A stretch of 64,000 bases of DNA from Trueperaceae bacterium (GTDB taxonomy: Bacteria; Deinococcota; Deinococci; Deinococcales; Trueperaceae), in contig OZ243927.1 of NCBI GenBank assembly GCA_965213925.1, forward strand, positions 2,304,001 through 2,368,000. Direction: 5' to 3'. Positions 46,145 to 55,995 of this stretch are shown piece by piece (the stretch's first letter is position 1; each line of letters starts with the position of its first letter). A program made the position numbers and the translations under genes. Under the pieces are notes generated by a model. That model saw only the letters and a list, made by a program, of their open reading frames with translations. It was not told where the DNA came from and ran no database searches.

Positions 46145-48949
46145 TTAATCCCAATACACCACCGACCCCTCCGGCTTCTTACGCACCTTGAGCCTCGAGG
46201 GTAGCCGCTCGCTCAGCGCCGTCACGTGCGTCACCACGCCCACCATGCGCCCCTGTTCGGTCAGCGCCTCCAACACTTTCGCCACCGAATCTAACGTTTC
46301 AAGGTCGAGCGTCCCGAAGCCTTCATCCAAAAAGAGCGCCCCTAGCGTCGCGTTGCCCGCCACCGAGTCCGAAAGGGCGAGCGCCAGCGCCAAGCTCGCA
46401 ATGAACGTTTCCCCGCCCGAGAGTGTCTTGACGTTGCGAAGTTCGCCCGTGTGCCAAGCGTCTAAGACGTGATACTCGCTGTCTTTGAGGCGCAAGTCGT
46501 AGCGCCCTTCGGTGGCGTCGCGCAAAATTTGCGAAGCGCGAATCGCTAAGTCACTCTGAACGCGGGTCATGAGGTAGTCCTGAAACTGGTTGCCGCGCAG
46601 GTCTCCGTGGAGTTGGCGGTAGGTGTCGTAGTCACGCCCTAGGCGGGTGAGTTCTTTGCGGAGATGGGAGGCTCGCTCTAACTGCCCCTCCACGTGTTCA
46701 AGCTCCTTCGCCACACTGCCCAAGCGCTGCTGCACCTCATTCAAACCCTCTTCGGCGTCGCTGAGCTGAGTCTTGAGCGTTTTGTAAACCGCTTCGTCGA
46801 GCGTGCGTCCTCTAAGTTGCCCCTCCAACTCCTTCTGACGCTGCTCCATAGTGGCGCGTCGCGAGGAAAAGGTCTGAATCGCGTCCGCCAACCTCTTCTG
46901 CTCCGCGTCACTGAGCGCCGCCGCACGGACCGCTTCGGCGTTTCGAAAGTCGGCGTTCTCCAACGCCCTATTTAGCGAGGCCCCTGCCCCCACGACCTCT
47001 TCCTCTAACTCCTTTTGCCGCTCAGCGAGCGATTCGGCTTTGGTCGTGAGCTTGTCTAACTCGGTTTTTGCCCTAACCTGCGCCTCTTGCGCTCGTTTCA
47101 AATTCGTTTCAATCTGCTTGGTTTCCGCTGCAAGCTGCGCCGGGGCCCGTTCGGGATCTAAGCCGTTCGACTTCTCCACAACCTCTTGTGCCAAGCCTGC
47201 TAAGAGGTCTAAATGTTGAGTTTCCAAGTCTTTGACTAGGGTGTCTAGCTCGAGCCTTTCCGGGTCATCTATAAAGAGGTCAGCTAGCTCGAGCCGCTCT
47301 TTCTGGGCCTCTTGGAGCTGCCGCGCTGCTTTCTCGACCTCTCCTTGACGTTCTTTGAGGCGGGTTTCTCTAGCAGTTTTGAGGTTGGCTTGCGTCGTCA
47401 AAAAGGTTTCGCGGAGTGCCTCGAGCTTTGCCTGCGCTCTCTCCTTCGCCTCCGCTAGCGCCGTTAAGTCCACCTCATCCTCGCGCAGCTCAGGAAGCTG
47501 CTTGACCTCTTGCTCGCAGACGGGGCAGGCGTCGCCCTCGTGCAGATGCGGTCTGAGGGCGAGGGCTTGGTTTTCGACGACCGCTTGTTCGTAAGTTTTG
47601 GAGGCTTTCTCCGCGACCTCTTTCGCTGCTGTGCCTTCGGTTTTGAGCCTTTCTAGCTTCTCGCGCAACCTTGTGATCTCCGCCTCGGTTACCTTGACCG
47701 CTTTCTGCGCCGCCTCTAAAGACTTTGCGGCTTCCCTCTCACGCTGCACGGCTCGCTGCAAGCTCGGTACTTGCGCACGCTTGCTCTGTAAGGCGTCCCA
47801 CGCTTCATCCCAAAGTCCATCACCGTAAGGTCGCGCCGTGTCTCTTTCTGCGAGTTTCAAGGTTCCTTTTCGCGCCCTGAGCTGTTTGAGCAGAGGTTCC
47901 GCCGCTTTCAGCTCGCCGAGTTGGGTCTGAATTTCGGGGAGACGCGCCGCCTCTTCCTCCGCCGCTCCTAAAGAGGTCTCGGCGCGTTCGGCCTCTTGCC
48001 GCCGCGCGTCTAAAGCACCTTCTAACGTCTTAATGCTGCTCAAAACCCGCTCTAACTTGACCTCTTGTGCGGCTAGCGTCTCCAACTGCGGCATGAGTAG
48101 CGCCGCCCGTTTTGCTCGTTCCAACGCTTCCTTGTCGGCTTCGATTTGATTGGCTCGAGCCTCCAACCCCGCCAACTTCCGCGCCACCTCTTGGCGAGTA
48201 TCCAAAAGCGCCTTGACCTCTTCTAACCCTGCAAGTTCCGTCTGCGCCTCCTTGCGTAGCGCGCTTAAACGCTCGCGCTCGGTTTGCAACGAGGTCCGCT
48301 CGTTTTTCAAAGTACGAAGTTTATTGGGGGTTGCACCTTGGTAGTCTTGCTCGAGCCTGAGTTCAATCCCTTTTTGCTCCCTCTCGGCGTCACGGGCGCG
48401 TTGCCCCGCCTCCTTTTGCATCTTTTCTAGGCGGTCTAGTCCCAAGAGGTTGACGAGCAAGCGCCGCCGCTTCGAGGCGTCGCCGCGCAAAAAGGAGTCG
48501 AACGCGCCTTGCGGCAGCATCACCGCGCGGGTAAACGAGTCGTAGTCCAGCCCGACGATGCGCTCTAACGCCGCGCCCGCCTCTTTGATCTTCTCCGTTT
48601 CGGGGAGCTGCTTCCAGTTGCCGCCGCTCAGCTTTTCCACGCGCACCTGCGGCTCGACGCGGCTCGCCTTTTTAACGAGTGTGCGCGTGGCGCGGTAGGC
48701 GTGAGAGCCGACTTCGAACTCCAGACTCGCCAGCATCTGCTCCAAGCCGGGGCTTAAAAGCGCATCTAAGCCGCGCCCGCCTAAGCGCGGCGTCTGTCCG
48801 TAAAGCGTGTAGGTCAGCGCGTCTAAAATCGTGGATTTGCCCGAGCCTGTTGGTCCTTCGATGGCGAACAGCTCTAGCTCGTCGAAGTTGACTAAGGTCT
48901 CCTCGCGAAAGCAGGTGAAGCCGCTGAGCTGTAATCTAAGCGGTCTCAC
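46145..48949 (-). CDS. sbcC: SbcC SMC-type ATPase
   Basis: GPTGSGKS, zinc hook CPVC, LSGGE and FLDEGFGTLD motifs. Confidence 0.95.
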   Translation of the reverse strand: MRPLRLQLSGFTCFREETLVNFDELELFAIEGPTGSGKSTILDALTYTLYGQTPRLGGRGLDALLSPGLEQMLASLEFEVGSHAYRATRTLVKKASRVEPQVRVEKLSGGNWKQLPETEKIKEAGAALERIVGLDYDSFTRAVMLPQGAFDSFLRGDASKRRRLLVNLLGLDRLEKMQKEAGQRARDAEREQKGIELRLEQDYQGATPNKLRTLKNERTSLQTERERLSALRKEAQTELAGLEEVKALLDTRQEVARKLAGLEARANQIEADKEALERAKRAALLMPQLETLAAQEVKLERVLSSIKTLEGALDARRQEAERAETSLGAAEEEAARLPEIQTQLGELKAAEPLLKQLRARKGTLKLAERDTARPYGDGLWDEAWDALQSKRAQVPSLQRAVQREREAAKSLEAAQKAVKVTEAEITRLREKLERLKTEGTAAKEVAEKASKTYEQAVVENQALALRPHLHEGDACPVCEQEVKQLPELREDEVDLTALAEAKERAQAKLEALRETFLTTQANLKTARETRLKERQGEVEKAARQLQEAQKERLELADLFIDDPERLELDTLVKDLETQHLDLLAGLAQEVVEKSNGLDPERAPAQLAAETKQIETNLKRAQEAQVRAKTELDKLTTKAESLAERQKELEEEVVGAGASLNRALENADFRNAEAVRAAALSDAEQKRLADAIQTFSSRRATMEQRQKELEGQLRGRTLDEAVYKTLKTQLSDAEEGLNEVQQRLGSVAKELEHVEGQLERASHLRKELTRLGRDYDTYRQLHGDLRGNQFQDYLMTRVQSDLAIRASQILRDATEGRYDLRLKDSEYHVLDAWHTGELRNVKTLSGGETFIASLALALALSDSVAGNATLGALFLDEGFGTLDLETLDSVAKVLEALTEQGRMVGVVTHVTALSERLPSRLKVRKKPEGSVVYWD

Positions 48950-50145
48950 GCGGTTTCCGCGGGTAACTCGGTAGTTTCACCCTCACCGCTCGCTTCATAA
49001 AGGGTGTCGAACGCCTTTTTAAGCGCCTCCGAGGGCACTTGACCTCGCGTCTCTTCGTAGAACTGCGCGTACGCCTGGCTCATCGTCACTCGCTCTAAGT
49101 CCACGCCTCTCTGCGTCTCCTCTTGCTGGTCGGGGAGAGAGAGGTCTATCGCCAACACGTTTGGCAGGTGGCGGCGGATGCGGTCTTTGAGTCCGGGGAG
49201 GGGGTGCGCTAAGTCCACTGTGACTTTGAGCCAGCCCTCGAATTCTGCCAACTCTTCTGTGCGCCTATCAAGCTCATCCAACGCCACCTTGACGCGCCGC
49301 AACCTCTTGCCCGACTGAATTTCATGCTGCTTCACGAGCGTTGTGGGTTTGCCCGCTCGAGCCTCCACGATATAGACGTACTTCGTATCCCCTTGCTCCC
49401 CGAAGTCGAGTTGAAGGATGCTGCCCGAGTAGCGCCCCGCGTTTTCGGGGTAGCCCTCAACCTTTTGTGGCTTATGAATATGACCGAGCGCTACGTAGTT
49501 ACACCGCTCCGGGAAGAGGTCGGCGCTGAGGCTATAGTTCTCCGTCGAGTGAAACTGATATTCGGAGTTGGACAGCGTCGCGCCGTTCATCGTCGTGTGC
49601 GTCACGAGCAAATTCACCGCGTCGGGTCGGAAGGGCTTCGTGAGGTTGCCGATAAGCTTCCGCATCCCCTCCTGATAACGCTCACGCCACTTGCCAGGGT
49701 CTTCATCCAAGAGTTCCGCGACTTTGACGATGCGCCGCTCGGAGATAAAGGGTAGCGCGGCGATTTGCGCAGGCTCATCCCCGATTTGTAAACTAAACGC
49801 GCCCCCTTGCCCCGCGACTTTGACCTCACCGAAAGCGTAAGTGTTCGTCAAACCGAGCAGACCTCTCGCAGCGTCAATCCGGCTCGGCGAGTCGTGATTG
49901 CCTGCGACGACAACGCTGGGGATGCCCGCCCGTCCTGTCGTCACGAAGAACTCGTACACGGCGGCTTCGGCGTCGGCTCCGGGGTTGCGCGTGTCGAAGA
50001 GGTCGCCCGCGACTAAGATAAGGTCAACAGCTTCGCTCTTGGCTAACTCGGCGATTTCTTGCAAGGCTTCGCGGATTTCGGCGGTGCGCGGAACGCCGTG
50101 CAAGGTGCGCCCGGCGTGCCAGTCGGCGGTGTGGAGGATTTTCAC
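48946..50145 (-). CDS. sbcD: SbcD nuclease
   Basis: HTADWH, AGDLFD, AGNHDS and ALGHIH motifs. Confidence 0.95.
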   Translation of the reverse strand: MKILHTADWHAGRTLHGVPRTAEIREALQEIAELAKSEAVDLILVAGDLFDTRNPGADAEAAVYEFFVTTGRAGIPSVVVAGNHDSPSRIDAARGLLGLTNTYAFGEVKVAGQGGAFSLQIGDEPAQIAALPFISERRIVKVAELLDEDPGKWRERYQEGMRKLIGNLTKPFRPDAVNLLVTHTTMNGATLSNSEYQFHSTENYSLSADLFPERCNYVALGHIHKPQKVEGYPENAGRYSGSILQLDFGEQGDTKYVYIVEARAGKPTTLVKQHEIQSGKRLRRVKVALDELDRRTEELAEFEGWLKVTVDLAHPLPGLKDRIRRHLPNVLAIDLSLPDQQEETQRGVDLERVTMSQAYAQFYEETRGQVPSEALKKAFDTLYEASGEGETTELPAETA

Positions 50146-50203
50146 CCTCCTAGTTTAACTTGGGAGGGCGTGAGGCTTGGGAAAATGTGAGGTGGTTTGG
50201 GGG

Positions 50204-50584
50204 CTAATCCTCACACTCCGCCGTAATACTCGTCCCCCACCGGTACGCCTCCACACAGGGCACCGCAAGCCGCCGAATCTGGAGCGAGTTCTGAACGTTC
50301 CCCTCTGTGTACAACTGGGCGGAGGCGAGCACCGTCGCGCTTCTAGGAGCCCAGAAGTAGACCGTATGCGGGTAGCGTGAGGTGACACCTTCGCCTAAGC
50401 GCTCTAAGGGATTGCCCCTCGAGTACACAAGCGGCTCCGTCGTCACGAGGTAGCGTCCTTCAAAGGGCGTGCCGGGCTCGCCCTCCCAAGTGATAGACTG
50501 CGGGATAGGTCCGCCAAAGAGAAAATAGAGTGCGCCAATAACGGTGATGCTAAATAGAGCGATTACGCCGAGCATGACTTTCAT
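50204..50584 (-). CDS. Small membrane-anchored protein, paralog A
   Basis: N-terminal TM segment; aligns with 50818-51213. Confidence 0.75.
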   Translation of the reverse strand: MKVMLGVIALFSITVIGALYFLFGGPIPQSITWEGEPGTPFEGRYLVTTEPLVYSRGNPLERLGEGVTSRYPHTVYFWAPRSATVLASAQLYTEGNVQNSLQIRRLAVPCVEAYRWGTSITAECED

Positions 50585-50817
50585 GGTGTCAATGTACCTT
50601 GCGTGAGTGAGGTCAACCGTGAGGTTAAGTGCAGATGCTTCTCCTCGCACTCTTTTGTAGTTTGTTTCACATGTAAGTTCTAATGGCGTTTTGTCGCTTA
50701 CAATAGGGATGCTGAGGGCGAAACGTCCCTACAAGTCAAATCTAAAGCGTCATAAACTGAACTGCGCCCTGTCGAGGTGTACCTTTTCCAAACATCCATC
50801 ACACTTAGGAGAACGTT

Positions 50818-51213
50818 ATGTCAGCCTTTCCCTTTGAAGTCCGTATCTTTCATATTTTCATCGGCGCGTTCGCGCTCGTCGTGCTGCTCGCGGCGTATTA
50901 CGTTTTAGGTGGTCCGGTCATTCACGTTATTACCTTTGAGGGCGAGGAGGGCACGCCTTTCCAGGGAAGTTACGTGGTCTCCCGCCAGGCTCAGAGTACG
51001 CCGTCGGAGGCACTCGCTTCGGCTAGAAACAGCATCGAGGGAGAGTATCCTTTCACCGTCTTTACGTGGGCCTCGAAAGACGCGCACATTTTAGCGGGCG
51101 CGCGTATCGCCTTAGAGCAAAATATGTACAACACCATCACGATTCGCCGAGCTGGAGTTGTCTGTAGCAAGGGGTATGTCTGGGGGCAGGCGGTGACGGC
51201 GGCGTGTGAGTAA
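50818..51213 (+). CDS. Small membrane-anchored protein, paralog B
   Basis: AGGAG RBS; aligns with paralog A. Confidence 0.78.
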   Translation: MSAFPFEVRIFHIFIGAFALVVLLAAYYVLGGPVIHVITFEGEEGTPFQGSYVVSRQAQSTPSEALASARNSIEGEYPFTVFTWASKDAHILAGARIALEQNMYNTITIRRAGVVCSKGYVWGQAVTAACE

Positions 51214-51396
51214 GCAGCAATGAGTACCGAGCAATCCAGTCGTACCCGCTTGCGCAGGGCACAGGGCTGGTTATGTAACCCAGTCAAGCTGAACGAACGG
51301 TCTTGCGAAGCAAACGAACGGTGAGCAATGAGTTGAAAGTCTTTGATTCTCACTCATTGCTCGTTGCTTTTAACTCATTGCTTCTTGTTGCTTTCA
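51213..51396. repeat. GAGCAAT-heptamer repeat with multiply nested insertions (51236-51322)
   Basis: Homologous to 8162-8318; contains an intact 22-nt element at 51280-51301. Confidence 0.85.
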
Positions 51397-51424
51397 TCTA
51401 TCTGCTACAAAATAGCGCGCCGCA

Positions 51425-51676
51425 TCAACCCCTTGGCGGGTCCTCCTCCCCCCGGTGCTGATAGTTGCCCGCGTCGAACTCCTGCGGCGTCAGCTTAACG
51501 ACGCCGTCGCCCTCTTGCTGTTCCAAAATCACCATGTCGATCTGCTTGTCCGCCACGCGAAAACCGCGCCCTTCGCCGTCTACGACGATGTCATCTACTG
51601 TGAGGTCGTCATAGGTCGCGCTGTACGTGGAGTCGTCTATAGTGTCGTCTGTGGGGTTATAACTCGGGTCGTCCAT
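51425..51676 (-). CDS. Small acidic hypothetical protein
   Basis: AGGAG RBS; abuts the upstream gene. Confidence 0.65.
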   Translation of the reverse strand: MDDPSYNPTDDTIDDSTYSATYDDLTVDDIVVDGEGRGFRVADKQIDMVILEQQEGDGVVKLTPQEFDAGNYQHRGEEDPPRG

Positions 51677-51943
51677 CTACGCTCCTAACAGGGTCACGCG
51701 CCCTGCGCTCATGCCGGTGATAGAGGAGCGCGAAAGCGCCAAGTGCGCCATCTCCGCGACCTTTGCGCCGCCGCTATACACCTCGACCTCTTTGAGATAG
51801 AGGACATCGCCCGCTTGCGCCTCGCCTTGTGATGCGTAATCTTCGGGTGAACTGCGCAGTCCTTGAATGATAAGTCCTTGCACCAAAAGCGTCATCGGCG
51901 TGTCCATGTCGAGACTCACGTTTTTCTCGCTGGCGTCACTCAT
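51677..51943 (-). CDS. Small hypothetical protein
   Basis: Start overlaps the fasciclin stop codon. Confidence 0.65.
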   Translation of the reverse strand: MSDASEKNVSLDMDTPMTLLVQGLIIQGLRSSPEDYASQGEAQAGDVLYLKEVEVYSGGAKVAEMAHLALSRSSITGMSAGRVTLLGA

Positions 51944-52341
51944 GAGGGTAAGAGTACCTGATCGACGACGTGCACCGCGCCGTTGTCCGCCATGAGGTCG
52001 GCTTTGAGAACGGCGGCGCGTCCTACTCTAAGGTGCTCCGCGTCGCCGCCCACGCTCACCTCTTGCCCGCTCAAGGTGGTGAGCGTGGGCGAGCCCGAGA
52101 TGCTCGCTGCAGTAACTTCACCTGCAACAGCGTGATGTTTGAGCAACTCGGAGAGCGCCGCGCGGTCTCTTAGAAGGTCATTGACTGTCCCCTCCGGAAG
52201 CTTGTTAAACGCCTCGTCTGAGGGGGCGAAAAGGGTGTAGGTCCCCTCGCCGAGCGTGCCGAAAAGGTCCGCGTCTTTGAGCAGCGCGGAGAGCGTTTTG
52301 AAGTTGTCGTCGTTCTGAATGATGTCAACCACCGTAGGCAT
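51940..52341 (-). CDS. Fasciclin (FAS1) domain protein
   Basis: YTLFAPSDEAFNKLP and ADNGAVHVVDQVLLP motifs; AAGGAGG RBS. Confidence 0.92.
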   Translation of the reverse strand: MPTVVDIIQNDDNFKTLSALLKDADLFGTLGEGTYTLFAPSDEAFNKLPEGTVNDLLRDRAALSELLKHHAVAGEVTAASISGSPTLTTLSGQEVSVGGDAEHLRVGRAAVLKADLMADNGAVHVVDQVLLPS

Positions 52342-53001
52342 CGTGGCCTCCTTCACCGCTTTATAACGTGTCCGCCTCGAGTCAGGTGTGCGCTGCGGCT
52401 CGATGTACCGACCCGGGTGTGCCGGCAAAGCCATGACGCCAGCTTACGGCTGCATCCATAGTCGCGCCTTTTGCGTTACGATGTGGCTCTTCATACTCTT
52501 TCGGTGACGCTCGCCGCGGCCCTAATACGGTCTTTATGCGGGCGTAGTCACGCGCGCTCCTTGAGTTCTTTCGAGCGACGCTTGGCGGACGAAGATCAGG
52601 CGCAAGCGCTCGCGACGTGGCTCGAGGAGAATAGCGTGCGCGAGAGAGATGTTGAAGTCTCGAGCAGCGAGTAAACGAGCGAAGAGTCAGACGCGCTCAG
52701 TGTACATTGAGAAAGGTGTACGTTAAAGATGAGCAGACCTCTTCGTGGTTATCCTAGGTGTTTCGTCCGTGCCTGGTGGACCTCTCGCCTCGCGCGACCT
52801 CTTTGATAGTCGCGCCGCCATCTCTTTACAGGTGTTCAAGATAAAAACTGAGAAATGTTCTTGGCGATATGGGGCAGTCTGCTCGTATCGATCCAGCTGC
52901 TCAGTTCGGTGAGATTTACCTGAATTCCTGACCCCGCAAACATGATACTGTCTCTTAATTTGTGTGGAGGGGGGCGCACGTCCTCCTCTGGAGGATTTTT
53001 C

Positions 53002-54558
53002 ATGGCATTCGAACGCGCATCCGGTATCCTGTTGCACCCGACCTCTCTCCCCGGCAGACACGGCGTCGGCGATTTAGGGCAGGGCGCTTACGACTGGCTC
53101 GACTTCTTGGAACGCTCCGGGCAGCGGCTCTGGCAGGTCTTGCCGCTCGGTCCGACGGGCTTCGGCGACTCGCCTTATCAGTGCTTCAGCGCCTTCGCGG
53201 GCAACCCGTACCTCATCAGCTTGGACAGGTTGGTGGACGGCGGTCTCTTGGATGAGAGCACCCTAGCGGATACTCCTGACTTCTCCGAAAGCGAGGTGGA
53301 CTACGGCGCGGTCATCCCCTTTAAGTTGGACATGTTGCGAGCCTCCTATAAGGTCTTTAAGGAGCGGGCGACGGAGCAGCAGAAGGAATCGTTCAATACC
53401 TTTTGTGACAAGCAGGCGTATTGGTTAGACGATTATGCCCTTTTCATGTCCTGCAAGGAAGCGAACGAAGGACGCGCCTGGAACGAGTGGGATGAGGGCT
53501 TGCGTAAGCGTAAAAAACGCGCTCTAAAAGAGCATCAAAAGGAGCACGCCGACGACCTTCAGCGCTGGCGCTACTGGCAGTGGCTCTTCTACACGCAGTG
53601 GGTGGAGGTCAAGCGCTACGCGAACGCGCGCGACATCAAGGTTATCGGTGACATCCCCATCTTCATCGCTTACGACTCCGCCGACGCCTGGGCGAACCCC
53701 GAGCTGTTCTACTTCGATAAGGAGGGCAACCCGACCGTCGTGGCGGGGGTGCCGCCCGACTACTTCAGCGAGACGGGGCAGCGCTGGGGCAATCCGCTCT
53801 ACCGCTGGGATAAGATGAAAAAAGACGGCTTCGCCTGGTGGATTTTGCGCTTTCAGTCCACCTTGGATTTCTTCGACCTCATCCGCGTAGACCACTTTCG
53901 CGGCTTCGAGGCGTACTGGGAGATTCCCGCCGACGAGCCGACCGCCGTCGAAGGGCGCTGGGCCCAAGGACCGGGGCAAACGTTCTTCGACGCGCTCGAA
54001 GAGGCGTTGGGCGAGCTGCCGATTATCGCCGAGGACTTAGGCATCATCACGCCGGAGGTCGAGGCGCTGCGCGACGACAACGACCTCCCCGGCATGAAGG
54101 TCTTGCAGTTCGCTTTTGCGGACGGCGGCGACGACCTTTACCTGCCGCACAACTACACACCTAACTTCGTCGTCTACACGGGCACGCACGACAACGACAC
54201 GACGCTCGGCTGGTACAGAAACGCGCCCCAAAAAGAGCAGGACTTCGTGCGGCGTTATCTAGCGAGGGACGAGAGCAACATCGTTTGGGATTTGATCCGC
54301 TTGGCGTTTGCGTCAGTGGCGGACTTGGCGGTTGTGCCGCTCCAAGACGTGCTGCGTTTAGGAACAGGGGCGCGGATGAACTTGCCTGGACGCGCGGGGG
54401 GAAACTGGAGTTGGCGCTACCGCCCGGAGCAGTTGGAGGACTGGCTTGCGCCTGCGCTACTAGAGATAGCGGAAAACTACGCGCGGGTGAAGGCGAAAGA
54501 GCCGGAGGATACACCGTATCGGCAGTCAACGACGGAGAGCGAGGCGGAGGAGGGATAG
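53002..54558 (+). CDS. malQ: 4-alpha-glucanotransferase (amylomaltase)
   Basis: GILLHPTSLP, GVPPDYFS, RVDHFRG, AEDLG and GTHDN motifs. Confidence 0.96.
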   Translation: MAFERASGILLHPTSLPGRHGVGDLGQGAYDWLDFLERSGQRLWQVLPLGPTGFGDSPYQCFSAFAGNPYLISLDRLVDGGLLDESTLADTPDFSESEVDYGAVIPFKLDMLRASYKVFKERATEQQKESFNTFCDKQAYWLDDYALFMSCKEANEGRAWNEWDEGLRKRKKRALKEHQKEHADDLQRWRYWQWLFYTQWVEVKRYANARDIKVIGDIPIFIAYDSADAWANPELFYFDKEGNPTVVAGVPPDYFSETGQRWGNPLYRWDKMKKDGFAWWILRFQSTLDFFDLIRVDHFRGFEAYWEIPADEPTAVEGRWAQGPGQTFFDALEEALGELPIIAEDLGIITPEVEALRDDNDLPGMKVLQFAFADGGDDLYLPHNYTPNFVVYTGTHDNDTTLGWYRNAPQKEQDFVRRYLARDESNIVWDLIRLAFASVADLAVVPLQDVLRLGTGARMNLPGRAGGNWSWRYRPEQLEDWLAPALLEIAENYARVKAKEPEDTPYRQSTTESEAEEG

Positions 54559-54562
54559 AGTT

Positions 54563-54826
54563 ATGGACAAAAAACCTGATAAGACGCCGGAGAGGTTTGA
54601 AACCTATGAAGAAGCTGCTGAATTCTGGGACACGCACGACGCAACTGACTACTTGGACGAGTTTCGAACAGTCGAGGTGAAAGGCGAGTTGCGGAATCGG
54701 TACTTTGAGATTGAAATTGAAGAAGATGTTGTCCGCTCGCTTCAAGATAGGGCGGAAGAACGAGGCGTATCGTTAGGGCGTTTAGCGTCGGAGTTACTGC
54801 GGCAAAAGTTGCGCGAAGCAGCTTGA
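54563..54826 (+). CDS. CopG/BrnA-like antitoxin, orphan
   Basis: FETYEEAAEFWDTHD motif plus an RHH-like C-terminus. Confidence 0.8.
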   Translation: MDKKPDKTPERFETYEEAAEFWDTHDATDYLDEFRTVEVKGELRNRYFEIEIEEDVVRSLQDRAEERGVSLGRLASELLRQKLREAA

Positions 54827-54838
54827 TATAGACACCTC

Positions 54839-55192
54839 GTGGCTGATTCGATTTCACTACTGCCAGAGCGAATTCAGTGGTGGTATAAATTGCAAGTGGA
54901 AAGTATTTGTCAGAAGGTGAAAGAGGTAGCCAAAAATAGGCTTCAAGCTACAAATGTATACACGAGCGAAGTTCCGTTTTTGGAATTGGCTGAAGTATTC
55001 GATAATCATTACTTCGAGCACGAAGAGGCTGGCAACATGGAAGAATCACGCCGCTACTTCGAAATTGCCAGACTTTATTCGTCTTTAGCAAATTGTGAGG
55101 AAGGCGAAGCGCGCAAGTCAGTGTACGAACTTTCCTTCGGCTTAGGCGAATTGGTGGAACACTTTTTTGATGCTGTAGCGGAGGCGTGGTAG
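54839..55192 (+). CDS. Hypothetical protein
   Basis: AT-richer ORF lying between TA genes. Confidence 0.5.
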   Translation: MADSISLLPERIQWWYKLQVESICQKVKEVAKNRLQATNVYTSEVPFLELAEVFDNHYFEHEEAGNMEESRRYFEIARLYSSLANCEEGEARKSVYELSFGLGELVEHFFDAVAEAW

Positions 55193-55227
55193 ATGCTCAC
55201 CAGGACTTAGTGGAGTAAAATGAAGCT

Positions 55228-55464
55228 ATGAATCAAAACGATCTCTTAAAGCGCATTACCATCAGCCCAGAAGTGCGTAGCGGCAAACCTTGCATAAAAG
55301 GTACACGAATTACTGTGTACGACATACTCGAGTACCTAGCAGGCGGCATGAGTGAGGATGAGATTCTTGAAGACTTCCCGAGCCTCGAGCGCGAAGACAT
55401 CAGGGCGGTTTTAGCGTTTGCTGCAATGCGTGAGCGTAGATTGGCTTATTCAGCGGCAGCGTGA
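55228..55464 (+). CDS. DUF433 antitoxin-like protein
   Basis: RSGKPCIKGTRITV motif; TAAAAT-N6-ATG start. Confidence 0.9.
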   Translation: MNQNDLLKRITISPEVRSGKPCIKGTRITVYDILEYLAGGMSEDEILEDFPSLEREDIRAVLAFAAMRERRLAYSAAA

Positions 55465-55790
55465 AACTGCTCTTTGACGAGAACTTGAGTCCAAAATTAG
55501 TTAGGTCGCTCGAGGATATCTTTCCAGATAGTGCTCAGATTGAAACTTTGGGGATGCGCGGAGAGACAGACTTTGCCATCTGGGAGTTCGCGAAACGTAG
55601 GGGTTTTACAATTGTCTCAAAAGATAATGACTTTCGGCAGCGTATCTTTTTGCTGGGACCGCCGCCGAAAGTGATTTGGTTATCGGTAGGAAACGCGAGA
55701 ACCTCTACTATCGCAACGATTCTCAGGGGGAACGCCTCACGAACCGAAAAATTTTTAGAGCAGGATGAAGGGCTTTTGGTTCTTTCATAA
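55461..55790 (+). CDS. DUF5615 PIN-like toxin
   Basis: LLFDENLS, SKDNDF and PPKVIWLSVGN motifs. Confidence 0.9.
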   Translation: MKLLFDENLSPKLVRSLEDIFPDSAQIETLGMRGETDFAIWEFAKRRGFTIVSKDNDFRQRIFLLGPPPKVIWLSVGNARTSTIATILRGNASRTEKFLEQDEGLLVLS

Positions 55791-55800
55791 GTGAGGTAAT

Positions 55801-55971
55801 ATGAGCGAAGACGAAATTTTTGAAGACTTTCCGAGCCTCGAGCGTGGGAACGCTAGGGCAGTGCTTGAATGTCACACTTCAGCCACAAGCGAGCCGACCT
55901 ACTATCTCTTATCACAGAGGCGAAACCTCGAGGCTGAATCTACCGTACCTGGCATGTATAGCTCGAGATAA
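55801..55971 (+). pseudogene. DUF433 C-terminal-half remnant
   Basis: MSEDEIFEDFPSLERGNARAVL versus MSEDEILEDFPSLEREDIRAVL in the neighbouring gene. Confidence 0.7.
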
Positions 55972-55995
55972 CCTATCCCTTTCTTTAGTAACGTT

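Noticed and set aside
52471..52990. Small ORFs or a c-di-AMP-type leader before malQ
   Set aside because: No aptamer consensus; ORFs lack convincing starts and may be remnants
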